Of a stretch of DNA of 64,000 bases, positions 28,752-38,488 are shown piece after piece. Origin of the DNA: Promethearchaeota archaeon (lineage in GTDB: Archaea > Asgardarchaeota > Thorarchaeia > Thorarchaeales > Thorarchaeaceae); NCBI GenBank assembly GCA_048939765.1, contig JBHLPF010000010.1:11723-75722 (forward strand). The letters are read 5' to 3'. Numbering within the stretch: position 1 is the first letter of the stretch; the number at the start of each line of letters is the position of its first letter. Both the position numbers and the translations under genes were made by a program. Below the pieces are notes generated by a model that saw nothing but the letters and a program-made list of their open reading frames with translations, did not search any database and was not told where the DNA came from.

Positions 28752-31028
28752 ATGAATAGACACCAGAAACGAGCACTGACAAAAATAGCTATTTTTGTAC
28801 CATTGGCATTGCTGGCCATAGGAGTAGCTATTGGAGTCTTGGATATCGTTTCCATCACAGAAACCGCTCGAGTAGCAGCTCACTCGCTTCTATCATATTG
28901 GGTATCAATCCCAGCAGCCATCCTTGTTCTGGCGTTTGTTAGGCGTCCCTCGAGATCATTGGCAGCATTCGCGGCCGCGCTCCTCTTTCCTATCATGGTG
29001 AACATTGGAAGTGCAATCAGCTACAGGACTTACCTCTTAGCTCCCTCCGGGGTAAAGAATCTCTCCAATCTTGTGACAGACATATACGAGTGTGCAGTTT
29101 TTGGCGTCCTCATCTTGGTAGCTCTGACTCTGCGCCAAGATCCAAGCAAAGAGAAGGGAATGACAGCTCGCAAGGGCATTGTGATTGGATTCGCCTCTGT
29201 ATTAATCCTTGGAGCTCTTTACGGTGTCATATGGTTCTTCCTGATTCCGCTCATGACTCCTGAGGTTCTAATCTATTTCGGGAGTTCCACGGCGCTCTCC
29301 GGTATCGTGATGACACTTGGCGCCGTCTATTTATTGCTCAAAAATGGATACGAGGAGCCTTCCGTAGACATCGGCTATTTTGCAAGTGCTTGCATACTCT
29401 CTGCGATTGCTATTTGTATATTAGTAGCAGAACTCTTCCTTTCATCCGCCCTCTGGATATACGCGGAAACAATACAGATGGCTTCCTACTTTTTGATTAC
29501 GATTTCCCTCTGTGTTCCCTTTCTTAGAAATGCTGGATACAAGCGGATGACAGCATATCTCATTGTTGTTGCTCTGGCTTTACTCTCCTATCTGCCTTTC
29601 ACCATCACTATAGAGATTGAAGCAGCAGAACTCTACGGTTCTCTGTACTTGAACACCCTAGCATTTTCAATCATTCATATCGGAGTTGGATCTCTTTCGA
29701 TTATGATGGGCTTTCTCCTCTTCGCATATTCGAGGCGACACCCATCGAGAAACCTCTATGCCCTTATCATGTTGTTCGTGCTCTGGGCTGAAGTGTCTGC
29801 AGTTTCGGTGCTAACAGTATTGCCACTCGGATTCACGCTTCTCGGAGAGCCGATTGTTTCGTATCTGGTTGGCAGCATTCTATCAATCCCTCTCTTGTAT
29901 TTAGCCATACGTTGGACTCCGAAGAATCATCTGCAAGAGGCGAGCCCTCCTTCAACATGGCTCCTTCTTGCAGGATCATTCATCATGTTAGGAGCCATAT
30001 TAGCTGGAGAGGTTGGGAATCAACTTGTTCTACAACGGTACATATGGCTTTCTGGAAGCCCTCTCAGCAACTCACTACTTCTGTTTGCAAACTTACTGCT
30101 TATCTTCTTAATTGCATACTTGCTATTCACACAGGCTGAGATTTCTGGTGGTCAGACTTCAATAGAAGTCTATGTCGTCCTATTCTTGTCGATGTGGATA
30201 GTCCCGAATGTGCTAAAGAGCTATTACGATATATGGACTGCCGGCTGGTGGGTTTCAGAGATTCTGATATTGCTTGCTCTAATGATTGGTCCTGCATTTC
30301 TAGGACTTCTATATATGCGTGCGTTGCAGGATTTAGAAGACTCTCATTCAAAAGCGACGCTTTATGCAGACCTTCTCATGCATGACATCAGCAATTACCA
30401 TCAAATGCTTCTCACGGCCGTAGAGCTCCTAGGAGAGGAAGAAACATCGATTGAGCAGCGAGAACGTCTATCGGGTGATGCATATCATGTAATCTCTCTT
30501 GCGGAGCAGCTCATCACCAATGTACGCCTTATAACTGAGAGTGAGGGTCTCCAGAGAGAATCCCTCATTCCATTGAATCTAATGGAAACACTTGTTGAGT
30601 CTTTGGATCGGGTTATGAGAATAGCTGGGGGCAGGGGAGTAAAATTGCAATTGATGCCATTCAGCGCACAAGCCTTTGTCCTCGGCAGCGATGTGTTGAA
30701 ACATGTCTTCATTAATATCATCCATGGCGTTTTACTGCAGCCACTGGATGCCCAAAGAATTAGTATCGAAATCCAGCCACGCGTAGAGATGGGCTCTGAA
30801 TATTGGATGGTTAGAATTTTCGTTCCGAACTGGTGGCTGGATATACAGAGCGATGTGTCCGCTCCCGGAGCGCAAGAGGACTTCAGTGGCACCGCATTAG
30901 GCCTTCTAGTGTCAAGGCTTGTTACAGAATCTCTTGGTGGGACCCTAACCGTTCTAAAGAGAATGGAAGAACCAGATATGGGTACATCATTCTATGTTCT
31001 TCTTCCAGCATGTGAAAGAGATTCTTGA
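28752..31028 (+). CDS. membrane-embedded sensor histidine kinase (large multi-TM sensor and possibly degenerate ATP lid)
   Basis: About 500 aa of TM helices precede the H-box LLMHDISNYHQML and a HATPase-like end GTALGLLVSRLVTESLGGTL. I see no clear DxGxG G1 box. The ATG at 28752 is used as the start. Confidence 0.7.
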   Translation: MNRHQKRALTKIAIFVPLALLAIGVAIGVLDIVSITETARVAAHSLLSYWVSIPAAILVLAFVRRPSRSLAAFAAALLFPIMVNIGSAISYRTYLLAPSGVKNLSNLVTDIYECAVFGVLILVALTLRQDPSKEKGMTARKGIVIGFASVLILGALYGVIWFFLIPLMTPEVLIYFGSSTALSGIVMTLGAVYLLLKNGYEEPSVDIGYFASACILSAIAICILVAELFLSSALWIYAETIQMASYFLITISLCVPFLRNAGYKRMTAYLIVVALALLSYLPFTITIEIEAAELYGSLYLNTLAFSIIHIGVGSLSIMMGFLLFAYSRRHPSRNLYALIMLFVLWAEVSAVSVLTVLPLGFTLLGEPIVSYLVGSILSIPLLYLAIRWTPKNHLQEASPPSTWLLLAGSFIMLGAILAGEVGNQLVLQRYIWLSGSPLSNSLLLFANLLLIFLIAYLLFTQAEISGGQTSIEVYVVLFLSMWIVPNVLKSYYDIWTAGWWVSEILILLALMIGPAFLGLLYMRALQDLEDSHSKATLYADLLMHDISNYHQMLLTAVELLGEEETSIEQRERLSGDAYHVISLAEQLITNVRLITESEGLQRESLIPLNLMETLVESLDRVMRIAGGRGVKLQLMPFSAQAFVLGSDVLKHVFINIIHGVLLQPLDAQRISIEIQPRVEMGSEYWMVRIFVPNWWLDIQSDVSAPGAQEDFSGTALGLLVSRLVTESLGGTLTVLKRMEEPDMGTSFYVLLPACERDS

Positions 31029-31057
31029 ATCTAAAAGACAGATTCTCACGTAACGGT

Positions 31058-32971
31058 TTACGCAGCCAGTGGCAATCTGATAATGAAACTTGCGCCCTTG
31101 GTGTAGTCACCTTTCACGCGGTCCTGAACATCAATTTCTCCCCCATATCGCTTCACAATTCTTTGGACCAATGTTAGACCGATTCCAGCCGCCACCTCGC
31201 CCTCCTCAGTTAGCCTTGAGAATAGTGTGGCTTTCTTGCTGTCCTTGATTCCTGGGCCAAAGTCTTCAAACATTATATCAATGTAATTTGAATCTTCACC
31301 AATCCTGGCGTTCACTTCCACATTCACTTCATTTCTTGAATCATGTTTTGCTGCATTGTGAAGCAGATTGAAGAACGCATCAACTAAGAAATCATCAGCA
31401 AAAACCTTGAAGTCGCCTTTTTTGAAATTCGAGTTTACATTGATTCTCTTCTCGGGAAAGGCACTACTCACCATGACCTCGGCTGTTAGGAGTAATGGAC
31501 TAATATCTAGCTCTGACAATTTCAGGGGTTCCTCAACAACTCTTGAGTATTTCCTGACACTCGCGATAATCTCGCTGCCGCGCTTGACCTGCCCTAGTGC
31601 GACTTCCACCTGAGTCACCGATTTTGGCGAAAGGCTTCCACTCATCAAAAGCAACTCAAGACTGGACATAATCCCTTGATGGATGTTATTCAAATCGTGC
31701 GCCATAAGATCGTTGAATAGCTCTGCACGTGCACCTGCCTCCATCGCCGCATCATACGCCTCCATTTGTTCGGTGACATCAGTGGTTATCACAAATTGAA
31801 CAGGCGTACCGTCTTCTCTGCTAGTTGAGGCAAACCGATTGTTGACGTAGCGCCGGGTGCCGTCCTTTCTAACAGTCCAGAAATCAAGCTGATCAGGATA
31901 CTCACCTGTCGCCATAGATTTCGCCACAATTGCACTTACTCTCTCTCTTTCTTCAGGAGCCACTAGATCAAGTGTGGTCAACTTCATGAATTCATCACGA
32001 TGGTAGCCGAATATCTCGCATGTTCTATCATTGACATAGACGACTGGACCGCCCTCCATTATTGTGACTCCATCCTGAATGGTTTCAGCCATGCTTCGAA
32101 ATCGTTCCTCGCTTTCTCGAATCGCATCCTGTGCCTTTAGGATATCTGTCACATCAGTGGTTATCATAACCACAAGGTTGTCAGCTGGTCTTGTGTAATC
32201 TACAATCAAGCGTCGTGCCTCTACATGAGCAGGAATTGAGGATATCATGAAAACAATCTCAGCCCGTGATTTTCCACCCTCATTCATTGTTGTCCTAATC
32301 ATCGATGACATCTCGGAATTGTCAGGAAAGAGGTCTTCTGGTGGCCTTCCGAGATATTCTTCAACTAGACCTCTTGAGAACTGCATCATGGCTTGATTCA
32401 CCATTTGCAGTGCTATTGTGCCATCCTCCCTTCTCTCCCAAACATAAGCAGGATCTGGAATTGCATCAAAGGTCTGTCTGAATCGCTCCTCGTTCTCCCT
32501 AAGCGCATTCTCAGCTCGGGCTCTTGTGGTCACATCGGTTATGATTGCTTGGTAGATGGTCTCATCTTCAATCGAGATTATTGTTGGAATGACCTCTATA
32601 TGCCGTGTTTCTCCATTCGGGTGGCGGAAGCTTAACTGAAGCAATCCTTCGGTAGTTTTCCCCTTGGCTATGTCTTGATAGAGTTTCTTGACTGTTTCAG
32701 GATCTTCGCCCGCCAAAACCCCCAGGATGTCATCCATGCCCCACGAGTATATCTCTTCAAGAGGAACACCAGAAATATCTGAAAGGGCCAGATTCGCGTA
32801 CTGCACCTTATCATTCTTGACGACAACTACACCCTGAGGCAGCCTACTAAATATGACCCGATACATCTCGAAATCAGGTATTGGAATGGTGTTGTCTTTT
32901 CCTGGTTGCACGTTAGTCCACTTCGTGGGATTCACGCAGAGCCTTGATTCCCCCAGGGAGAATTCCGGCAA
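31058..32971 (-). CDS. multi-PAS sensor histidine kinase (cytoplasmic)
   Basis: There are several PAS-like repeats. The H-box is LMAHDLNNIHQGI, the N box is LLHNAAKHD, G1 is EDFGPGI and G2 is GIGLTLVQRIV. Confidence 0.85.
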   Translation of the reverse strand: MPEFSLGESRLCVNPTKWTNVQPGKDNTIPIPDFEMYRVIFSRLPQGVVVVKNDKVQYANLALSDISGVPLEEIYSWGMDDILGVLAGEDPETVKKLYQDIAKGKTTEGLLQLSFRHPNGETRHIEVIPTIISIEDETIYQAIITDVTTRARAENALRENEERFRQTFDAIPDPAYVWERREDGTIALQMVNQAMMQFSRGLVEEYLGRPPEDLFPDNSEMSSMIRTTMNEGGKSRAEIVFMISSIPAHVEARRLIVDYTRPADNLVVMITTDVTDILKAQDAIRESEERFRSMAETIQDGVTIMEGGPVVYVNDRTCEIFGYHRDEFMKLTTLDLVAPEERERVSAIVAKSMATGEYPDQLDFWTVRKDGTRRYVNNRFASTSREDGTPVQFVITTDVTEQMEAYDAAMEAGARAELFNDLMAHDLNNIHQGIMSSLELLLMSGSLSPKSVTQVEVALGQVKRGSEIIASVRKYSRVVEEPLKLSELDISPLLLTAEVMVSSAFPEKRINVNSNFKKGDFKVFADDFLVDAFFNLLHNAAKHDSRNEVNVEVNARIGEDSNYIDIMFEDFGPGIKDSKKATLFSRLTEEGEVAAGIGLTLVQRIVKRYGGEIDVQDRVKGDYTKGASFIIRLPLAA

Positions 32972-33121
32972 TCGCCCTAATCAATCTTAGAGTCCTAGTG
33001 CATGCATGCACCTGGACATAAAACAATTGGGTGGAGGTAATCCAGTGACCTTGGGGATGCAGGCGTGCTCGACTGAGTTATGGAGAGGTCAGCCCAGCTC
33101 GTTGACTGGGCTAATGCCTAC

Positions 33122-35431
33122 CTATTGGCCTGCCTGTCTTGGTCTTACTACAGCAAAGTATACGAAGACAACAGCCGCGAGTGCGATTGCCAGTCCTAAT
33201 GTTAAGGGCAGGATGTCTATGGGGGGTGGGATGTCTATAGGGGTTGTAGGCGTTGAAGTTGATTCTGGAATATCATAACTGAATGTATCACTTACATCAT
33301 TTTTGCTGTAGACATCAAACGCCTGAACATAGTAATCAACATGTACTCCCTCAGATTCACCAGGGATGATTCCCCGGTAACCAAGACCAGATACGTAGAC
33401 CATAAGTAGGCTCGACCAAGCCCCATTGTCAACTCGATAACGGAGTGTAACATTGGATAATCCAGCATCAACTACACCTGCAAAAACCATGACCTCCTCG
33501 TTTGGCTCAGGTGACAATGGGATTTGCATTATGTCAGTGATCTCCGGAGCCAAATCAGAATAGAAGTATAGGTTGTCCATGAGGAATGTGAGTCCAGTAC
33601 CAGAGCCAGCATCTCCTTCCAAGCGAAATGAGGATATGCCAACTTCATCTGTCCAGCCAAATGCTTCTACATAGTCATGATATAGATCTCTGTGAGCCCA
33701 TTCCCAACTTCCTATTGAGTTGGCTGATTCTACTATGAAGGCAGCTTCGCTTGAGGTGTTCGCATTCACGGCAGTTTCATTATACATGAAGAAGTAGACG
33801 ATTTCCTTCTCGTCCCAAAATGTGACAGCTAAGGTTGCTCTCGAATATCCTCCACTATCAAACGAGTCACATCTCCACATCACATCGAGATATCTCTCAA
33901 GATCACTTGCGATGTAGCTATCTTCAAGCTCTTGAGACCTCTCAAAATAGTCGCTGGAACTGAGAGTCATATTGGCGGCCTTGCTTCCCTCATAGGCATC
34001 ATCTGTGACAGTGAAGAGAGAAGAAGTTTCAAAATATACATCTGAGCCCCACGCAACTATTTTTGCTCCGACTGAAGGCTGGTCCTCATACCCCATATCA
34101 TTGAGTGCCGCTGAAACAAGACCGAAATCATCAAAGAGTATAGAGATTCGAGCCCCAGGACTAGTGGTTTTGAACTCTATGCTAAAATCGAATATCGTCA
34201 AATCGAATAATACAGAAGCGCTAGCGTTGAAATAGCCTGAAGCTATCTCCCAGAGACTTGTATCCAGGTACATCCAGCTAGTGGTCGTGTTGAATCCCTC
34301 AACATGCAACACAAGAGTATCTGTGGCATTCTGCATCCATAGTGGCAAATCTCCGGCAGCAAACACCAAGTAGATGGCCATATCGTGAGTATCGTTTCTG
34401 CAATCCCAATAGAAATAGGCATATTCCTCGCCATTTAGTGAATCGACCGCATCAATTCTATAGGAAAGTCTGAAAGCATCCCGATTGATGTTTGTAAGTC
34501 GTGTAGAGATTTGCTTATTCATTGAACAGTCGCTCTGATTTCCATTCGATGAACTGGTGATATTCAGACTCCAATCACCAGAATGCGATTCGGTGCTTTG
34601 TGAGATTTCTGAGGCATCTCGATTGCCACCAACTGGCGTCCAATCAGCAGCGGATGTTTTGGTTTCAAAATTGCCATTCTTGGTTGACGCTGAAATGTAT
34701 TCGATATCGCCGTTTTCTAAGCGAACATCATCTATGAAAGCACGTGCGAACTGGTTTGTAGAACCCTTGTGTCCAACATAGAACTGAAGATTGTACAAGG
34801 TCCTTTCCAGCTCCATGCTTCCGAAGTTATCAACGTAGTCCCGAGTCACATTTCGATAGAATGAGTTCCATATATGCTCGGTGCCTCCAATGATGTAGTA
34901 GAGGCGGGACGATGTATTGCTCGCTGCTGGACTCCCGCTGAAGTAATACCAGATTATTTTCTCATTGGAGAATACTTCAGTGAACCGGAATCTTACTGCA
35001 AAGTAGTCCTCGTCCATAAGAGGATTAGGCATCGAGTCGGCAAACCAGTCGAACTCGACTGTGAGATTGTCAACATCTATTCCCCAAGTGCTTTGTTGCC
35101 AGACAGCCTCTGCGGGGTGCTGGTCGTCAAGTGCACGAGCCTGCATCCCTCCGGAATAGATTCCCTCATTATGAGGCCAAGGATCAGTCGCGTTCCAGCA
35201 GTAGTGTTCTGTCGACCGACTCGTATAGAAACCATCTGGATCGCTTGGGAATTCCCATCTCTCGAAATTCCCATTTGGTATGTTATTCTCTGTCCAATCA
35301 GCTCTTGTCAAGTCAGTGTCTGAAGTTACATGGGACTTGAAAGTCATAGCTGGTACCTTCTCAGAATAAGTGAATGTGCTGAAAGCTAGAACCAACACAA
35401 TAGCAAAAGCAGACAATGATACGTGGCGCAT
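33122..35431 (-). CDS. large cell-surface protein (signal/anchor N-terminus, sequon-rich ectodomain, Thr/Pro linker, C-terminal TM anchor)
   Basis: The ATG at 35431 gives MRHVSLSAFAIVLVLAFSTFTYS. Modules beginning with NGNFE suggest jelly-roll or CBM-like folds. The C-terminus is STSTPTTPIDIPPPIDILPLTLGLAIALAAVVFVYFAVVRPRQAGQ. Confidence 0.7.
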   Translation of the reverse strand: MRHVSLSAFAIVLVLAFSTFTYSEKVPAMTFKSHVTSDTDLTRADWTENNIPNGNFERWEFPSDPDGFYTSRSTEHYCWNATDPWPHNEGIYSGGMQARALDDQHPAEAVWQQSTWGIDVDNLTVEFDWFADSMPNPLMDEDYFAVRFRFTEVFSNEKIIWYYFSGSPAASNTSSRLYYIIGGTEHIWNSFYRNVTRDYVDNFGSMELERTLYNLQFYVGHKGSTNQFARAFIDDVRLENGDIEYISASTKNGNFETKTSAADWTPVGGNRDASEISQSTESHSGDWSLNITSSSNGNQSDCSMNKQISTRLTNINRDAFRLSYRIDAVDSLNGEEYAYFYWDCRNDTHDMAIYLVFAAGDLPLWMQNATDTLVLHVEGFNTTTSWMYLDTSLWEIASGYFNASASVLFDLTIFDFSIEFKTTSPGARISILFDDFGLVSAALNDMGYEDQPSVGAKIVAWGSDVYFETSSLFTVTDDAYEGSKAANMTLSSSDYFERSQELEDSYIASDLERYLDVMWRCDSFDSGGYSRATLAVTFWDEKEIVYFFMYNETAVNANTSSEAAFIVESANSIGSWEWAHRDLYHDYVEAFGWTDEVGISSFRLEGDAGSGTGLTFLMDNLYFYSDLAPEITDIMQIPLSPEPNEEVMVFAGVVDAGLSNVTLRYRVDNGAWSSLLMVYVSGLGYRGIIPGESEGVHVDYYVQAFDVYSKNDVSDTFSYDIPESTSTPTTPIDIPPPIDILPLTLGLAIALAAVVFVYFAVVRPRQAGQ

Positions 35432-35618
35432 AGTATTCCCTCTCGACCTAGATTTGCACCAAGAATCACACAATAAACCTTTGTAGTGGCTCCCATTTTT
35501 GGTGGTGGTCGGATTGTACACGCGTTATTTCTGCTTTCTTTCAATGTGAATATATCAGCGTCAGGCAAATAAGGGCAGAATGCATTACGCCAGATTGCGA
35601 GGTAGAGGAACTGTGGCA

Positions 35619-36527
35619 ATGTCTGCAAGGGAAGAGGTGGCTCCCGTCATCAGAATGAGAATTAGCATAAACAAACCACTTGATAGGGTCTGGGAGAAAT
35701 TCATTGATCCCGTAATAATGCTTCAGTGGCTTGGAAACGAGATATCTGCCGACATAAGGGCTGGTGGTTCAATCACGTTTCTAGGCAACAATGCGCCAAC
35801 GACATCCGAGCTTGGTAACAAATGGGATATTGAAGAGATTACCGAGAAAAAGGGAATCCTCCTTAGCTGGGATATCATGGGCACGAAGACGCTGTTCGTC
35901 CTAAGATTTCGAGAGAGTCCTCGCCGCACTTATCTTGAGCTGAAACATGGTGCGATTCCGGACTCTGCATTGGATTTCCACCTTCCTGAACACTGGAATA
36001 TTCTACTAGGCAATTTCAAAGCTGTATTGGAGTTGGGCAGCCCAGCACTGCGTTTCGACTACTCGGACTATCGGCCCCTTAGGATTACACGCTATGATCC
36101 TAAAGAGGTTCGAATAGCCGTTCATGTCAAAGCACCCCCGTCACTTCCATTTGATGTGTTCACCAATCCAGAGAAGCTGAAACGATTTATCCGGGCTGAT
36201 GACCCCAAAATAGACCCCCAATATGCCGGATTATATACCTGGTGGGCAGAGGGCATGGGTCCAGTGGTCTTTACTAAAATGTACCAGGATGAAGAGATTG
36301 AATTCTCTTGGGTTTATGGGAATGAGCCAGAAACGAAAGTAAACATCCGTTTCGAGGAGATCAATGGTGACACACTTGTTACACTCCATCATCATGGATT
36401 CCAACAGCCGGAATCAGTTGTGGGATATGATATCGGCTGGACCAGCATTCTCTGCGAGCTCAAACTATTCTGTGAGCTTGGCGACTCAGGAATTGAACGG
36501 CTGAGTCGCTGGGAAGAATCGATCTAG
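35619..36527 (+). CDS. tandem SRPBCC (AHSA1/START-like) domain protein
   Basis: There are two halves, each with a polyketide-cyclase/AHSA1-like opening (RISINKPLDRVWEKFIDP... and AVHVKAPPSLPFDVFTNPEKLKRF...). The start is uncertain, either 35580 or 35619. Confidence 0.6.
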   Translation: MSAREEVAPVIRMRISINKPLDRVWEKFIDPVIMLQWLGNEISADIRAGGSITFLGNNAPTTSELGNKWDIEEITEKKGILLSWDIMGTKTLFVLRFRESPRRTYLELKHGAIPDSALDFHLPEHWNILLGNFKAVLELGSPALRFDYSDYRPLRITRYDPKEVRIAVHVKAPPSLPFDVFTNPEKLKRFIRADDPKIDPQYAGLYTWWAEGMGPVVFTKMYQDEEIEFSWVYGNEPETKVNIRFEEINGDTLVTLHHHGFQQPESVVGYDIGWTSILCELKLFCELGDSGIERLSRWEESI

Positions 36528-37270
36528 AACATCAAGAACCAAAATGCAGTAGTTGGAAAGACAACCTGCCACATCATTATTGCTGTTAGGATTGGGATTA
36601 GGAAATTGTCTGCCCAGGCGACGCTCAAAAGCTCGACGACGGTTATCACCGACGCCACAAGCATGATTTGAGGTAGAATCGATAATGGAGAAAGACCTGA
36701 TGAAAAGGTCAACATAGCCATGATGACGGATAAGCATGAGAAAATGAATACGCCTATAGTCCCCTCAAACGATTTACCTCTAATCTGCTTTTTGATGATG
36801 CGACCGCCATATGGCCTCCCGATGACCTCACCGGCTGCATCGCCCCACGACACGGCAAGAATTGATGCCACGATTATTTCAGGTTGCTGAAAGAAGATGA
36901 TGAATACTGAAGCAAAGGACACCATTCCCATGAAACCAGCTGCGAACGTGCCAAGATATTGGTCTTCCTCTCGGCTACCGGCAAGCAGAAGCTCGGTGAT
37001 GAGGGTGCTCTTATGCGCCCATGCGTATAGGAGTATGGTCAGGAATATTCCTGCTGCAAGAAACGGGCCACTGAGATTAGAGTAATGCATTACAGTCAAA
37101 GCGATAATTGTGCCCATACTTATGTGGACGATTTTCCGCGGCTTCCATTTTGCAACCCCCTTTTCCGACCATGCATAAGCAATGGCTAGGACTACTCCAC
37201 CCAAGATGCCAGTCATCGCTGCCATGATGACATCAAATAAGGTTGGATCACCAAAGACTAAGTCCACCAT
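36524..37270 (-). CDS. CTP-dependent polyprenol (dolichol/phytol) kinase family membrane protein
   Basis: The 248-aa multi-TM protein carries SWGDAAGEVIGRPYGG...IRGKSFEGTIGVFIF. This matches the GDxxAxxxGxxxG...KSxEG signature of the CTP_transf_1 kinase branch. Confidence 0.6.
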   Translation of the reverse strand: MVDLVFGDPTLFDVIMAAMTGILGGVVLAIAYAWSEKGVAKWKPRKIVHISMGTIIALTVMHYSNLSGPFLAAGIFLTILLYAWAHKSTLITELLLAGSREEDQYLGTFAAGFMGMVSFASVFIIFFQQPEIIVASILAVSWGDAAGEVIGRPYGGRIIKKQIRGKSFEGTIGVFIFSCLSVIMAMLTFSSGLSPLSILPQIMLVASVITVVELLSVAWADNFLIPILTAIMMWQVVFPTTAFWFLMF

Positions 37271-37742
37271 TGCGAGCCCTGTAAGTTGAGCGGCCCCATT
37301 TCTTTCTTACTCGTCTGCCAGATTCTACTTCATTTCTAGAACTGACTCTCCCAAGCTTTGTATTGTTGCGATCGTCTAGCGCGCATGATAACGAAAGTAA
37401 CAACACCAATGATGATTCCACCGCTGACCAATGAGATATTGTCAACAATGAAGTTGAAAATCTAATAGCTAGGACCTATTGAATTCCCCCACGCTGTCGT
37501 AGTAGGGTTTCGATTCCTCATAACTCGTACCCCTTATTACCAGGTATAAAACCCATTTGCTCTAATTCTAGAAGGAAAATAGAGTTAGCGGGATTCTATG
37601 CATCTCCTCGATAAACTTAAGAGAAAGCCCAAGGCAAATGAATCGAAAGCGGTTCCGCTCCCAAATTGGGCAACAACTCCAACAAAGGATTTAGCGAGTT
37701 GTCCACTCGGTCTAGACGCTTTGAGGCGGCAAGAAATTGAAG

Positions 37743-38270
37743 ATGCGTGAGATACTACGAATCGACGACCGTGGCAGGCTTGTAATTCCAAAATCTGCAC
37801 GAGAGTATCTTGGCATTGAGAATCATATAGAACGACTTGAGAAGGGCACCGATACAATCACAATCATCGCAATCATCACTCCAACAGATCGCGCGCTTAG
37901 ACTGACATCCGTATTCAGTGAAGATCACTCAACTACGCCCATCGTTGAACGTGCTTTGAGAGACGGTGATGATGTGGTTCCCCTCGAAGTCAACAAAGCA
38001 GGAAGAATACACACAAGTAGAATAATCCGCAATATGCTAGAAATCACCCGCGATTCTTACTTGATAGCCATCCCTTTTGGTAGACAAGATGGGATAAAGG
38101 AACTTCGGATTATTCCGCTCCTGGATGCCAGCGAGGCACTGATTGTACGCATAATAAAGAAAGATGCTGTGGAATGGAGAATACTCACCCCCATTCCTGA
38201 TGATCCTGAGGCACTGAAGAAGCGAATTCTCAAGATGAAAGGCGTTACGAAAGTAGACTTCTATCTTTGA
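37743..38270 (+). CDS. AbrB/SpoVT-type DNA-binding protein (two swapped-hairpin-like segments)
   Basis: LRIDDRGRLVIPKSAREYLGI is a classical SpoVT-AbrB motif. A second, weaker copy is VNKAGRIHTSRIIRNMLEI. Confidence 0.6.
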   Translation: MREILRIDDRGRLVIPKSAREYLGIENHIERLEKGTDTITIIAIITPTDRALRLTSVFSEDHSTTPIVERALRDGDDVVPLEVNKAGRIHTSRIIRNMLEITRDSYLIAIPFGRQDGIKELRIIPLLDASEALIVRIIKKDAVEWRILTPIPDDPEALKKRILKMKGVTKVDFYL

Positions 38271-38488
38271 CAATCCTAATGCTCAGCCAAAAATCTTAAA
38301 TAGATGTATTTCCCAGATTGGGATGTCCCAAATTGGGATACAAACACGAACGAACTTTGGAATGCAACCTTTCCTTACCTCCTCAGAAGCAAAGCAAATG
38401 GTTGGATTTGCAAGGGACCTGGTGGCAATGGGCCCTGGCCGGGGCTCATTGCCCCTTTACACTGCTTTTATCAGTCCGCCAATACCCA

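Noticed and set aside
37399-37460. A possible C/D-box sRNA was noted (AATGATGA ... CTGA ... ATGAGAT).
   Set aside because: The guide spacing is wrong (8 nt between the C and D' boxes rather than ~12), and no terminal CUGA D box is present at the expected distance. A similar weak candidate at 54362-54390 (ATGATCA...CTGA) fails for the same reasons.
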